Source: Stegostoma tigrinum
Lineage: Eukaryota
Direction of reading: 5' to 3'
Length of the DNA: 64,000 nt
Assembly (NCBI RefSeq): GCF_030684315.1
Contig: NC_081362.1
Span: 61,717,744 to 61,781,743, forward strand
Part shown: in pieces, positions 1-13,393 of the stretch
Numbering within the stretch: position 1 is the first letter of the stretch
Layout: each line of letters starts with the position of its first letter
Made by a program: the position numbers and the translations under genes
The notes under the pieces: model-generated
Seen by the model: only the letters and a program-made list of their open reading frames with translations
Database searches by the model: none
Told to the model about the DNA's origin: nothing

Positions 1-931
1 CCCTGATCCATATTTAACCATCAATGTCACAAGAACAAAATTAGGAGAAAGTTTACACGTTGCCCTCTGTTGGATTGTGCTATGTGCAAAGTGGGTTTTT
101 TTGCCTACATTGCAACAATGTTGATATTTCAATAGTACTTCATTGGCTGCAAAGTGTTTTGGTACATCCAGTGGCCATAGATTTATTTCTATTGGTTTTT
201 GTTCCTTTTACTTGCAGAATGAACAAAACTCAGCAGTAATTCACTATATTTCATCACCCAACCAATTACCAAGGACAGCAACACACCAGATAACAGTGTA
301 AAACAGCAGCAGCACTGGGTGAGGACAGATATTATTACATTTTCTTCATTATGCAGAATGAAAAATGTAGCACCACAGTAAACATTGAACAATGTTACAC
401 ATTAAACCAGTCTTAAAATAATGCAAATAATCTGAGACATGTTTTGAAATATATAAAACCATTCGTAACCTTAAAAAATTGACAACCCCAACTGAATTAT
501 GATCCGATTCACAAGATTTTTGTAAGTAATGTCAATAAAAGCATATTGGATATTTTTCTGCATACAGACCTTTATAAAAGGTCAGTCAATTAAAGTTGCA
601 GGGAAAACTATCATATTACATGGTTGACCAACGCCACAGTCTGTTCAGCACAGATGTTGGTTTACAACTACTTTAAAAATTTCCAAGTATTAATACTGTA
701 GTCCACGCAAATTAAAATTAAACCAATTGTAAATGGCACTGTGAAGTCATGTCTGTAAAAATATGATCAGTTCCTCAAACAAAGTTAGATTATTTTTTTC
801 CACATGTAATTACTTCAAAAATTTATAATTGCACCTTCAAGATTCAGGCTAAATTAGAACTTTTCAAAATATAGCAAAGATGCAATTTAGAAAAGAGAAC
901 ACGTTATGAATAACATTATTTTCTTGCCAAC

Positions 932-1088
932 CTTTCAAAGCTGCCCATGCACAGAGATCAGCCAGTGTCAATTCATGTCCAACCAGGAAAGTCCTGAGAG
1001 AAAGTGCACAATCCAGCTCTTGTATTGCTGCAGGGAACAGAGCACAACTTGCCAACCTTGTTTTGCTGAACTCCAACCAATGATCAAC
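932..1088 (-). CDS. EPRS1: Bifunctional glutamyl-prolyl-tRNA synthetase, coding exon 4 (GST-like N-terminal domain)
   Basis: 157 nt, ttggcag|...|gttggc. Encodes [53 protein letters not shown], matching the vertebrate EPRS1 IDHWLEFS...LSLRTYLVG...LADLCVWATLKG segment. Gene continues off the window. Confidence 0.96.
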
Positions 1089-1215
1089 CTGCCAACAGAA
1101 GGATTATTGCAAAAAGTAGTTTAAAGTTCATCATTTGCCAGTGGCCACATCTGCACAGGTAAAATGTTAAAAGGTTTTTGTTAATGCAAGTTTTTATTAA
1201 GGCCAACAATCCTTG

Positions 1216-1293
1216 GTTCATGACATTTACCGAAAGATAATTCCCATTGTTATAGTTCATGACATTTACCGAAAGATAATTCCCATTGTTATG
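1216..1293. repeat. 39-bp tandem duplication (2 copies)
   Basis: gttcatgacatttaccgaaagataattcccattgttat(a/g) at 1216 and 1255. Confidence 0.95.
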
Positions 1294-4200
1294 GTAATAC
1301 TGCAAAAGAAATGGTGAAAGCAAGGAACCTGTTACTTTGTAGAAAGTGATAGAAGTCTGCATCCCTAAAGTATCTAAAAAGAATGATGATTTTATTTTGT
1401 TTCAGAAAAGCCAAATACTTTGACTCTAATTCCAATATAAAATTACATTCCTACCTGATACAAAAGATGATCACTTCTTGATACAAGTTAGAAATAAAGA
1501 TGTCAAAAAGTTTCGTTAAATTACTAATGGCTTTCAGAAATTTAAAAAAAACTGATCATTACATAAATGTTACCATCATAATAAAATTATGGAAAGTCAG
1601 GCTACCAAAAATCTGGATTGCATGGTCAGGAAAAATGAATGACCTTTTAACATGCAGACAATACCATCACTAAATTTACATTATACAAGTTGATTTGTTT
1701 TAATGCCATATACAATTACTCTGTTCTGCAACCAGTGTCAATTCACATCCAACCAGCAATGCCCTATCACAGAGAGCTGTAATCATCACACATTATTCCA
1801 ATGTTGCATTATCTCCAAACACATCACAACTTCGATATAACTGGGAGTCACTCATTATTTGATTGAGCATTTTAACATGATTTTGGATCCCAACCCTTAC
1901 ATTTCACTCAACCCCTAGTAAATTGCCAAAAAAATGTTTGCTATGTTGCTTTCCTGAAAGCCTTATTATAACAGAAAACTGGAACTTAATATGCAGGCAT
2001 TTTCTTCTTCCACCATGTTAACTGTTTACCGTAAAGAAAGAGGAATTGTTCTTTTCCAATCTCATCTAACTTTCTCCCCAGAAACCAGGACCATAGAATG
2101 GGATATAGATCCAAGAACCTCCAGTCAATCAGGGTCATTTTAAGCTCTTTATCAAAGCTCACACATTAGCAATAACCATTTAACAAGAAATGAAATCGTT
2201 GCTGAGGCTGGTAGGTGAGGATGACGAAAAGAATAGGCACTGACGTAATAAAGTTACCATGATATTTAAGTTTGTTTTCTTACAGAAATTTCTAACTTCC
2301 CTTTTTAAAACAAAGAAAATGATGCAGATAGTCCTAAGAAACGTAAATCATTATATGTAATGCAGACAAAACCTGACAAAATAATACATTATAGATTATT
2401 AGTTTTCTAACTTAAATGTTCTAAATCCACTGAACCAGTAGGGCTAAGAAAACTAAGTGGCACACACAAATTATTTCCATCTGTCTCCACTGGTGTACAG
2501 TTACAGAATTTTACAAACAGACAAGCTGACGTGGCAGCAGAGCACAAATTCAATGTACATGTCCTTTATTCTTCAGATTCACAACCAGTTCCAAAGAATA
2601 CAAGTCATTTAGTGGACGATAGGTGCAAGTTACAAGCAATAAAACAAATGCCATAAAAATTCTCATCACCACCTCAGGAACAACAAAAGCCAAGACTGTT
2701 TGAGCATACAAATTTAAATTGACAAAATCCACTGTTACTTAAACATCAACGTTTTTAAAACTACAAATCTTTAAGGTCTTGATTAAAGCTTAAATTTGAA
2801 GAAAAAAAGTCTTCAAAAACATCAAACCGTGTGTAATTTCCGAAGAACAAGTTGGAATGGTCCAAAATAATGAAGCCCACACAAAATACATTTGCTTTTT
2901 TTTTTAAATTTTGAACATCAACTGGTTCAAATTGAAAATATGCCAGCAACTGAAATCATATTATTGGTGTCGCAAATTAAGTTATCTGAACAGGCAAAGA
3001 CTGTCAATTAGAATCGCAAAAATTACGAAAGTTGGTTGCTTTGATCACTGTAGGGGTTCAACGGATTTACAAGTTTTGACCTTTGTGGATTCTTTTTTAA
3101 AAAACAAAAATTAAGCTAACAAAATTTTTAAAAATCATGCTAATTATGCACTAATCAGATCAAATGTGGGGTGCTTAGTATCTTGGAGATGTAGTTTAAA
3201 AATATTGACACGATTTGCACAACTTAGCCTTCAATTATGTCAAACACTTAAAATTCACATCTTGAAATGAATGCTTTTTTGGTAGTTCAGTATAGTAAAG
3301 CAATTCTTTCCTTCGCCATACAAATTTTCTTGTGTTAATTCATCAATTTCCCACACTCAGTCTGAGATAACTAGAGGGAATTATATTGTGTTACAGAGAA
3401 ATACTTTGGAAGTCAAAAATAGAAAGAACAAAGGCATAGATATCAGTTTGACCAAAGGTGCAAAGTCAGAGCTAGAAATGGGCAATGTTGTGGGCATGCA
3501 AGTAAATAGCCTTGCTGTTAGAGAGGATATGAGTTAGAACTTACAGTTTAGGGCCAGATTGTAACAGTGTGGCTCAACCTCAAGAGTGTGTCCAGGAAGA
3601 TACAGAGCACTAGGGGACAGAAATGGAGTTTTTGATGATGACCAAGGAGGCTTCAGCCTTCCCAATACTTTCAAGAAAAAATTTTGACGAATACAACACA
3701 GAATAATCAGACATTTTTGGTCAAAATACTCGGACTCACTCTCAGCACTGTGGCAACATGTGAATCACATGGATGATAGCAGTTAAAGAAAGGCTGTTCA
3801 ATCACGTAATCAAAGTTAGTGATAAGCAGCAAATGCAAATTTGTCAGTGATACTCATGTTCCAACCACAAATCAAACAAAAGCAGTCTGAAAATCAAACA
3901 TCAGGAATGGGCAAACAGAAGCGTTGACAAGGTAGTGGCAAGCAACATTCTGCTTTCAGATATCAAGGAGCAGCACATACATGTGAAGTGGGAGGGAGCA
4001 AAAAAAGGAAACAGGTATAGTCAGAGCATGCATGATTAAAATGTCAGCTGTCGACGTTGTCTCGATAGAAAGAGTGTTGATAAAGCACAAATTCTGGCAG
4101 TCAGGTACACTGGGAGTGGGAAAATACCACGAAAAGCAAAAACCTGGTGATCAAGGAAGCAAGTGATAACAAGGAAGCAGCAACAGTGTGATTTTACTGC

Positions 4201-4379
4201 CTCGAGCCAGTTGACCATAAAGGGGCCACCTGTTCAGACCTCACCCAGCAAGCTAGGCTTCAGATAATCCATCTACCTGGAATAGGGACAGACCAATTAA
4301 TGGAACTAGGGACTAGCTGAGGGCGCAGTGTGGAAATGAGGCAGTTTGAGGTGGTGTATAAATAGGTGACTACATACCA

Positions 4380-4719
4380 AAGCACAGCTCAGTGGTTAGA
4401 ACTACTGCCTCACAGCCCTGGGGATGTGGGTTCAATTCTACCCTTGAGTGACTGTCTGTGTGGAGTTTGTACATTCTCCCTGTGTTCGTTTGGGGTTTCC
4501 GCCAGGTGTTATGGTTTCCTCTCACAGTCCAAAGATGTGCAGGTTAGGATGGATTGGCCGTGCTAAATTGCCCCGCAGTATCCAGGGATGTGTAAGCTAG
4601 GTGGATTAGCCAAGATTGGTGTGGGGATGTGGTGGGTCCATGTGGGATGCGCTCCGGAGGCTTGGTGTAGACTCGATGGGCTGAATGGCCACTATCTTTG
4701 CAGTGTCAGGGTTCTATGA
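4380..4719 (+). mobile_element. HE1-type V-SINE
   Basis: tRNA-like head (cagtggttag...gggttcaattc), V-domain (gtgtggagtttg...ggtttcctctcacagtccaaagatgtgcaggttagg) and CR1-like tail. Confidence 0.85.
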
Positions 4720-5764
4720 CAAAGTGGGAAACTGCCAGGCAGTTCCTTGTCCTGCTAAAATCTGAGATAATCTTGATCCCTTTAGTGTATTGAAATCTCA
4801 GTCTTGAATGCGCTCAGTGTGAGGGGAGGCACAGTGGACTCCATAGATTCTGAGTCATCTGAGTGCTGTCATTTCCTTTTCTCTTCATCCCAACTCCTTT
4901 TACTGAGACTGTCAACAGTACTGTCTCCCACCACGCTCCCCCCCCAACCCCTTGACTGTCAAGCCGTTGGAAATAGTCTTTCAGTGTTTCACCTTTGCAC
5001 CAAGCCCTCTATGAGTTATTGTATGCCCCTTCAGGCTGTGCCTGCCTTCCTCTGCTCTTTAGCATTGCCCTGCAGCTGCTTAAGCTGTTCCAACCAGATG
5101 ATTTTGCCTTCTTGATAAAAATCAGCCCCAAATTGAGGCACCCCAGTGTATCACCAGCCTGGGGTAGAGCTTGTATCTCGTGCTGACAAGTTTCTGGATA
5201 TGAAACTAACAGTGCGCAATGGCGGTCTGATTCTAGTTATAAAACAGAATCTAGTTTCCTGTCTTCCCTCCAGTTCAGCTATTGTTTTCAAAATGATTTG
5301 GTTGCCAGTCATAGGAAATGGCCTTGAAAATGATTTACTTCAACTGTGTAACCCATTAACTTTACAAATGCTGAGCTGGATTTTGGGAGAATGTGGTTAC
5401 ATTCATTCAACCACCATTCCCCGCTTTTCTCCCTCAAAGGCAATGGATCTTTTTGGCTGCTCTCCAACATCTCATTGAAAGGGCCATTCTGCATGTTTGA
5501 AAGATCAGATGTGAGCATGGACAGCATCAAGAAAGATAATATTCTGGGCCTCAGACATCGAGAAGCAATAAAGGAGGAGAAACTGGCAAATGGCAATAGG
5601 GTTTGGAGAGAAAATTTGGTGATTGTTTTTAATATAGAACATTATAGAACCCACGTGCTAAAAATTTCAGAACAAAGACAGATTGTACCAGCGAAGGTTG
5701 CATTCCCTGGAATTTAGAAGATAAATTTTGGTTTATTCACTCCTTCAATGAATGTGGGCATACT

Positions 5765-5985
5765 AACAGGTTCTTTACTCAGAGTGGTAAGGGCGTGGAA
5801 CGCCCTGCCTGCCAATGTAGTTAACGCAGCCACATTAGGGGCATTTAAACAGTCCTTGGATAAGCAGATGGATGATGATGGGGTAGTGTAGGGGGAGGGG
5901 CTTAGTTTAGTTCACAGGTCGGCGCAACATCGAGGGCCGAAGGGCCTGTTCCGCGCTGTATTGTTCTATGCTCTATGCTCTATAT
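5765..5985 (+). mobile_element. CR1/HER1-type LINE 3' end
   Basis: FFTQRVVRAWNALP-encoding segment, 3' UTR and (tatgctc)n-like tail. Confidence 0.8.
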
Positions 5986-7067
5986 GCACAGCCTCAGAAC
6001 AGTTAGAATAAGGCTGTCATGGGCTGGAATTAAAAAATTGTAAAATCTAATTGGTCTAACAAAGTCTAAAAATCAAAAACTGAAAGTTTCCATGAAAGAT
6101 AAATGCAGGTATTCAAGTGATTCTCACAGCCAAAAGAATCCATCAGATGGTTAATGGCTAACTCTATTTTCAACTAGGGGTTCAGATCAGTATTATTAGT
6201 GTTTTAATTTTCTTCCTGATTCAAGGGAAATGATTGCTTTTAACTGGCCTTCCACAGTTCCTGAGAAGGGATGCAATTTAAAGTTATTGAATTTCCTATG
6301 ACTTCAAATGTAGATTTGTGGGGCTTGGGCTCTACCTCATTATCACTGCTAGTGGTCAGTGCTTAGCCTGTTACGACAGGGTCAAAACGGTCTTCTGTCA
6401 GCAATATGCCCCTTCTAGCTACATTTTTGAGTGAACGTTTAGTCAAGTGTTTGGATCAAAAGAAAATGCGAAATATTTTCTATAAATTTACTAGAATCCA
6501 GAGAAGCAGGCATACAAAAAGTTAACAACATGGACAATTTTAAGTTGTCACTTGACAATATTAATGGCTGTGGAAATTGGAAGATGTGGTACTTTCAAGG
6601 ATCTCATTGATTTGGTTTGTAGATCCTAGTGACAGAAAAAGAGTTAAAAGACTAGAAGAAACAAGTCACCTTCTTCCAGCCAAAGCAGGGCAGTTAAAAC
6701 AACACACCCAATTAAATATTGATTAAATTATCATCTGAAAATAGATGCAACAATTAGCCAGCAACCAAGGCCTACTGAATTTCAAGACAAACGTTGCCAT
6801 CAGACACCTTACTCTAAAAAGGAAATATTTCCATTAAAAAAATACTGCTCCTGATTATTATACTTTTCCATTGCCAAGACCAGGTTTAAAAATTAGCATA
6901 GAAAAAGTTACTGTTTTCAGTTGAAACATCTGCACATTTAAAGTCCATTAAACTCAACGATGGTCAATTTTGTTCCAATGGTGAGAAATCAATGGAGATT
7001 GAATGAAGAAAACATCCAAGATAACGCATTTGCCATTATCTCAGCCTACAGAGGCTCAAACTCTTAC

Positions 7068-7167
7068 CTCAGCATGTTCCAGCAGATTGGAGCCATAGAG
7101 CTTATTTTCTGTATCTACGCGAGCCAGGTAGCGAACGATGGAATTCACATCATTAAATACAACATCT
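7068..7167 (-). CDS. EPRS1: EPRS1 coding exon 3
   Basis: 100 nt, ttttacag|...|gtaaga. Encodes [33 protein letters not shown]; phases 2/0 join exons 2 and 4. Confidence 0.96.
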
Positions 7168-8557
7168 CTGTAAAATTGAAAGTAGATTACACTATGTAAC
7201 ATATAGCAATCAATAAGTTCTTGCTATAATCATTCAAAAAAGGTAAAATAAATAAATTGGTATTTTTATATTCCTTGACACAAATGATCTGTCACGTTCT
7301 TGGCACGTGCGTGATCTGATGAAGGTGATTTGAGTACAGATAATATCAAAAGTAAAGGAGTAGTATAAAAAGATTATAATGGTCCAGTATTTCATTTGCA
7401 CGTCAAGTCAGACTGTAATTCTGAAAGTCACAAATTTGTCTGATAGGTACAGACCAGGAGTATTCACGTTTTGTATGATTTGGCCACATGAAGTCTGTAA
7501 AGTGCATTTTTTGAAACTGATGCTCTGATTTAGGATTTACTGACCAAGTAATTATGCTTAGAGCAGTTCTTTCCAAACTTTAAGATCTATAAAATTCAAC
7601 TGGACAAAAAGGAAAATAAGTTTAAATACAAAATTGTTGTCCAAGTTTCATCAACCGGAATAGCAAGGACCAAGGTCATGCTTGGCCTGTGGAATAGTAT
7701 TTCGACATGCCTGCCACAAAACAACAAATCAGTAAGGTGAAACACGTGGTCAGCAAGGACAAGAGGCAACAGAAAGTGAATGCAGACCAAGCCAACAGAT
7801 GTTAGGAGACATGTTAGCAGAAGAGAAGAAATTGAGAATATGGAGTGTTGTTAGTTCTGACTTTAAGAGCAACTTTTTAAAAAATGTATAGCTTTAGAAT
7901 AAGGAAAGAAAGCTATGTTAGGACTAATTCAGCAATGGCTTCCCTACAGTTCATCACAAAAGAAGTTGCTGAGTTTATGAAGATCACAGGAGGGTTTCAG
8001 ACATTCAGGTGTAGAGATTTAGAATTCAGTACAACAGGCAGCTTTTAATTTTTCAACTATCATTATCAAGCTTTGGCTTGAATTCTTAGTTTGTCTCAAT
8101 TTATAATTCAAAATCAAAACCATCACTCTGTACATCTACCTAGTGTTCGATGCTCCTTCATCTCACACATCTGCTTTTCGTTGGAATCTTCCAAAAAAAA
8201 GTGATCCAAACCAATAATCCCACCAGGGTGATCACATCCATGAAAATTCATGATGTGAATGCACAATTTATTAGCATTTATTATTTTTCTCCATGAGACA
8301 TCGACAGAAGTCACAATACATGATACTTTCTGCCAAACTGTTGTGGGTCATCATTTGAATCTGATCTCAAGGCTGTCATCTAGGCCTGCTCCATTACAAA
8401 TATAGCACTCAAAACTTGTTTCAGCACCCAACTCTTAAATGAACAGTAAAGTCCTCACTGTTCATTTCTTTCAGTTCGAAAACCCACTATCTCCCTACTT
8501 GCACTTCCACATGTACTTTCAGTTCCTTTGGAAGTGACAACTTGCCCTTTTCAATTT

Positions 8558-8874
8558 TCCTCCCACCCCAAGCCGCACCCCCAGCTACCTACTAACCTCA
8601 TCCCACCTCCTTGACCTGTCCGTCTTCCCTGGACTGACCTATCCCCTCCCTACCTACACTCTCTCCACCTATCTTCTTTACTCTCCATCTTCGGTCCGCC
8701 TCCCCCTCTCTTCCTATTTATTCCAGTTCCCTCCCCCCATCCCCCTCTCTGATGAATGGTCTAGGCCTGAAACGTCAGCTTTTGTGCTCCTGAGATGCTG
8801 CTTGGCCTGCTGTGTTCATCCAGCCTCACATCTTATTATCTTGGAATCTCCAGCATCTGCAGTTCCCATTATCT
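8558..8874 (+). mobile_element. Penelope-like element 3' end with degenerate hammerhead motif
   Basis: Same sequence as the end of the GIY-YIG element at 37204-38060. 11-bp TSD cttttcaattt at 8547-8557 and 8875-8885; CTGATGA...GAAACGTC from 8749. Confidence 0.85.
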
Positions 8875-9608
8875 CTTTTCAATTTGGTTTCTGTTTCACG
8901 TTTGTAGCAATTTGGCCTGATGGATCAAACCACACAATGTCTTCCATCTTAATTGCCAATTACCCCATGGACTTTCCACTGTAATGTCTCTTCGTGATTC
9001 AACTCCTCTATGCCCATTGGCCAGCACGTCTCCAATACAATGTCCCATGATTCTATTTGTGTTACCTTACTGCTAATCATCTGCTTCAGTGTAGAATTAA
9101 CTACTATTTTAATACAACTTTTATGTTCTTGGAATGCAGATCATAAATCACAAATTCAAACTCCACACTGGTGATTTGAGAATTCTATTTCAGCTTAAAA
9201 AGTTTGGAGATAGTAAGCTTTGATCAATGAAAGGAAAGAAAAAGTGACCATAAAGCTTTTGGATTGTCAACCAGCTCATTAAAGTCCTGAATAACAATAC
9301 TAGCAAGTCAGTAATTTTGGATTCCAAAAATGATAATGTTCATGACCGCAATGATTAGTTCCTCAATGCTGCAAGTATCAGCATTTAAAACAATTTACAT
9401 CTGTGGAACACATTTTGCACTGAACATCTCAAGATTCATTGCAAAAGCAGGAAGTCATAAAGAAATTTTGAACTGTGACCCAAGCATAGACATGGATACA
9501 GATTTTGAGCATTCTTTTGAAGGAGCTTTGACAAGTATAAAGGCAAAGATAACAAGAATAAACTCAGCATGGCAATTCAAGGCCACCATTTGTGATTTCT
9601 GAGAGGGA

Positions 9609-9645
9609 TGTGGCTGTGGCTGTGGCTGCGGCCGTGGCCGTGGCC
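9609..9645. repeat. (TGTGGC)n-like hexamer repeat
   Basis: About 6 imperfect units. Confidence 0.8.
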
Positions 9646-9926
9646 AGCAATATCAGTTTTATTACCCATTCCCAATGGCCCTCATGATGACAGCAGGACG
9701 TTGCATTTTTGAAAACAGAAGGTTCTTAGGCTATTTCACAGGGTAGAGGAGTTAAGCATACCCGAGAGTCTGAGGTTACCAATATTTCAAATGTTGAAAT
9801 ATTCTAAGTAGTAATCCATAACTTCTAAAAGAATTAAATATTGACTATCATTCTGAAGTGATGACTGCGTCCTGTTTAAAGAGCCAGGCAGCCTCAGTTA
9901 AAATGGCAGCAACAGAGGATACTTAC

Positions 9927-10011
9927 TCAGAAATTTGCAACGCATTCTCTTTACCCTCTTCAATCAACACATTGACAGAATTTTTCACATGTTCCACAGT
10001 TAGTAATACAC
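9927..10011 (-). CDS. EPRS1: EPRS1 coding exon 2
   Basis: 85 nt, cttgtag|...|gtaagt. Encodes (G)VLLTVEHVKNSVNVLIEEGKENALQISE; phases 1/2. Confidence 0.96.
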
Positions 10012-10472
10012 CTACAAGAAAAAAACGTAAACATTCTAATTCTCAGTTTTATATTAAATATCCGGTGTCAGTGAAGTAATTCTTCACATGAGAATTAAAG
10101 CACAATGTTAGGTGAGGGGATAAGGAAATTTTGTCTGCAAATACAGATTTTTTTGAAAAAATAAACTGCTACTGAAATGGCATATGCATTACACACATTG
10201 CCACCAATACTCTCCTTTTCTATGTGAAAACGGTTGCTTCACAAGTTTCACACATAATAGGTTTAGTTTCTTTCCTAGACGCGAATGTAGTGACAAATCC
10301 CATGTCTATCCAAAAATTTTATCGGCCATTTGAAAGTATTAATCCAAATGGACTTTTGATTGCCTCGGAATTGACTAATTTCAATATCACTAAATTACTC
10401 AAAGTTGATTAAGACACTTTAATAAAAAAATGCTTTCAACTAAATAACAATCTCTATACAAGTATTCCGAAT

Positions 10473-11879
10473 GCTTTAATTATGAAAGTTTGTGTGCACA
10501 TTCTGGTGTCCCTTTACTGGGATGCATGTACTTTTTAAAGAACAATTAATATTTTTATTTTATTGGTGTTTCAAGATAACAAATAATGAGACATAAAAAC
10601 AGGAATTGCTGGAAAAACCCAGCAGGTCTGGCAGCACCTTTGGACAGAAAGCAGAATTAACATTTTGGGTCCAGTGACCCCTTCTTCAGAATTTTTTTGT
10701 TCAGATTTCCAACATCTATAGATTTTTTTCAAAATGAATAATGAAAGATTTTACTGATTAGGTGCAGGAACAGGACATTTTGAAGGAGGATTGATCAAAC
10801 AAAGTGGCAAGATCACAAACTTCTGTTATTTTGCACATTTTTAATAGGCTTGGAACATTCAACTGGACATCTCAAATCAAGGAAAGAAAAGGAGGACCTC
10901 AAAGCCAGTGATGGGTAAATTAAGAGATCAAGATGAATACCAAACATTATTTGAAGTCGAAGTAAAGCAAGTAAAAATGAAGATGCCATTATTACACTCG
11001 CATCAAGTCTAGCTGCACCGACTACTGAAATTGCTGCTTTTAAGAACAGAAACACAATGAAATATCATTTCAAGTAATTATATATATATATATATATATA
11101 TAAATAAACCACTGATCTATCCAACCAATTCTGTGGTAACACACAGCATTACAAGTGTGTCAGAAATCCAAGGCCACCTCAAAATCTTTCACTGGACTGG
11201 TCAAGAATGAGAACTAAAAGTGATCCTTCAGTATCAATACTTCACAATGTCAGCACGCATCTGATCTGCACTGCAGCAATTCCACTGGTCAGAGCAGCTC
11301 AAACTGGCTGCTCCCACAATCAATGTTGATGCCCTCTTGCTACTTGAGGAAAAATCTATATCAGATGCAAAGTAACAGGTTAGAAGACTTTGAATTGGAT
11401 TAGGCATTTTAAATTTTCCTTTAACAACACAGCTGTAGTACTCAAAAGCCATAGTAAAATATTATTATATTATTTATTGTGGGAGGGACAAGAGTGATCT
11501 GTTTATCCATTACAGAAGGGGAAGCTGATGGCAATTTTGCTGTTTACAATGTAGGAACGGTGATAATGGCCTCAGTGGATGGTTGTTTTCCAAACTACAG
11601 AATCAGATAAATAATCTCAAATAAAAAATCCAATCTATCATAACATCAAAGTTTTCAGTCATTCTTACTTTAGGATTATGCTGGGAGGGAGGCTGGGAGT
11701 AGGTATTTTGTTGAACTCACTGTATTCATGTAATACACTACGTGTAGCAGACTGTCGGCACTCCCAACCAGCATCACAGTATATTCTGAATGCATCATGC
11801 GCAGAATTGTTCTTTGAAAAGTACATGCGTCCCAGTAAAGGAACACCAGAATGTGCACACAAACTTTCATAACTAAAGC
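10473..11879. repeat. 75-bp inverted repeat pair (10473-10547 / 11805-11879)
   Basis: Arms are reverse-complementary with 4 mismatches; spacer about 1.26 kb. Confidence 0.9.
11079..11102. repeat. (TA)12 microsatellite
   Basis: Direct reading. Confidence 0.95.
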
Positions 11880-12757
11880 TTTAAAAATTGCAGATCAAAT
11901 GAAAGTGACCATAAGACTCCTCAATTACAAACAATTAAAATTGACAACTAACCAAACTGGCTCCAATCAAAGGTGTTAAGTACATTTGCTTTGCAGCACT
12001 AGAATTTCCAAAATAAACATGCTAACAAACAATTTCAAGGAATTTTGTTGAAAGTATCATTTTCACCAATTTTTACACACACTTGGACATTTAAAACATC
12101 ATCTTTCACCAATCAGCTAGGTGGTATACAGAATGTTAAATAAACTAAAAACCCAAGATACAAAAGGGCAGTTTGAGTCTTACTAGTTGACTGGTCAAGA
12201 GAATGATTCAAAAAGTTTCTGCAGAAGCACACATTTAATTCCCAAAATATACAGAAATATTCAATATGATACAGTAAGCAGCAATGAAGGTCATGACATT
12301 TCTCTCAGTAGCCGATTCCAGTAATGATGGCTAAATTCAATCCAATCCACATCTATGACATCAGTGCATTTACACTTTCCAACAGGTAAAGTTGATCCTG
12401 TAGCATGATTAATGCAGAATCAGCTGATACTAACAGTGACCATTAAAAGTGGTTTTAGCATTCGTAAGCAACAGCGAGAAAATTGAAAAGAAAAATAGTT
12501 AGCACTCCAACTCATTAATAAACCTTGCTGGAGATTGCAGGCAAGTTAACAAAGTGGGCTTAAGAATAGTCTCAATGCTGTAAAGACCTTACCTTTTAGT
12601 CCAATGTTTTTAAAAAGCTCAAGAATAATAAGAAATAACTGTTTTGAAACCCAGGCATTTCCAAGGAATGGCTGCATGCTTTGGGAGTATGGAATGATAC
12701 CAATTGTGAACACTGATTGTGCAACTGTGGATTCCAGCAATGTGCAGATGAACTGGA

Positions 12758-13091
12758 GCAGCCTGCTGACAGTGATTAGCACTGCTACCTCACCTCACCA
12801 GGGACCTGGGTTTGATTTACACTGAGGCAACTGTCTGTGCAGAATTTGCACGTTTCCATCACGTCTGCGTGGGATTCCGCCGAGTATTTCAGTTTCCTCC
12901 CACAGTCAAAACATATGCACGTCAGATAGATTGGCCATGCTAAATTACCCATACTGCTCGGGGAGATTTTGTTTAAGTGCACTAGCTATGGGAAAACAGG
13001 GTTATAAGGTAGAGCGGTGGGATGCTCTTTGGAGGTTCGGTATGGACTCTTTGGGTCGAATGGCCTGTTTCCACACAATATGGATTCTATG
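12758..13091 (+). mobile_element. HE1-type V-SINE
   Basis: Same head, V-domain and tail as the copy at 4380. Confidence 0.8.
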
Positions 13092-13393
13092 GAGCTGAGG
13101 GTTTACAAACAAAACTAATTGGTGAGGACTACAGACAACTGTCAATGACAAAGGTCCGTAGCCCATCACCTTGTGACAGAAAATCAGTTAGCTGTCCTGT
13201 TCAGAGCCCAAGCCATTCACAGAGAAACAGGTCTGTAGTAGCCAGAGAAGCTGAGGTCTGCAGTAAACCGCTTTAGACCTGAAGAAAATCAGCTTTTCTT
13301 TCCTTCAGCAGAGGCTGTATGTTGTGATTTGGAATTGGGTAAGTCAGAGACCTTTCTTAAGTGAACCAGGCAACCTACGCCTCCTGCAAGCCA

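Noticed and set aside
4380-4460. tRNA-like A/B boxes here and in the other SINE heads
   Set aside because: They are SINE heads; no complete cloverleaf tRNA is present.
4804-5717. Cluster of overlapping 60-110 aa ORFs in EPRS1 intron 3
   Set aside because: No recognisable domain or consistent splice sites; probably chance ORFs or an old unrecognised repeat.
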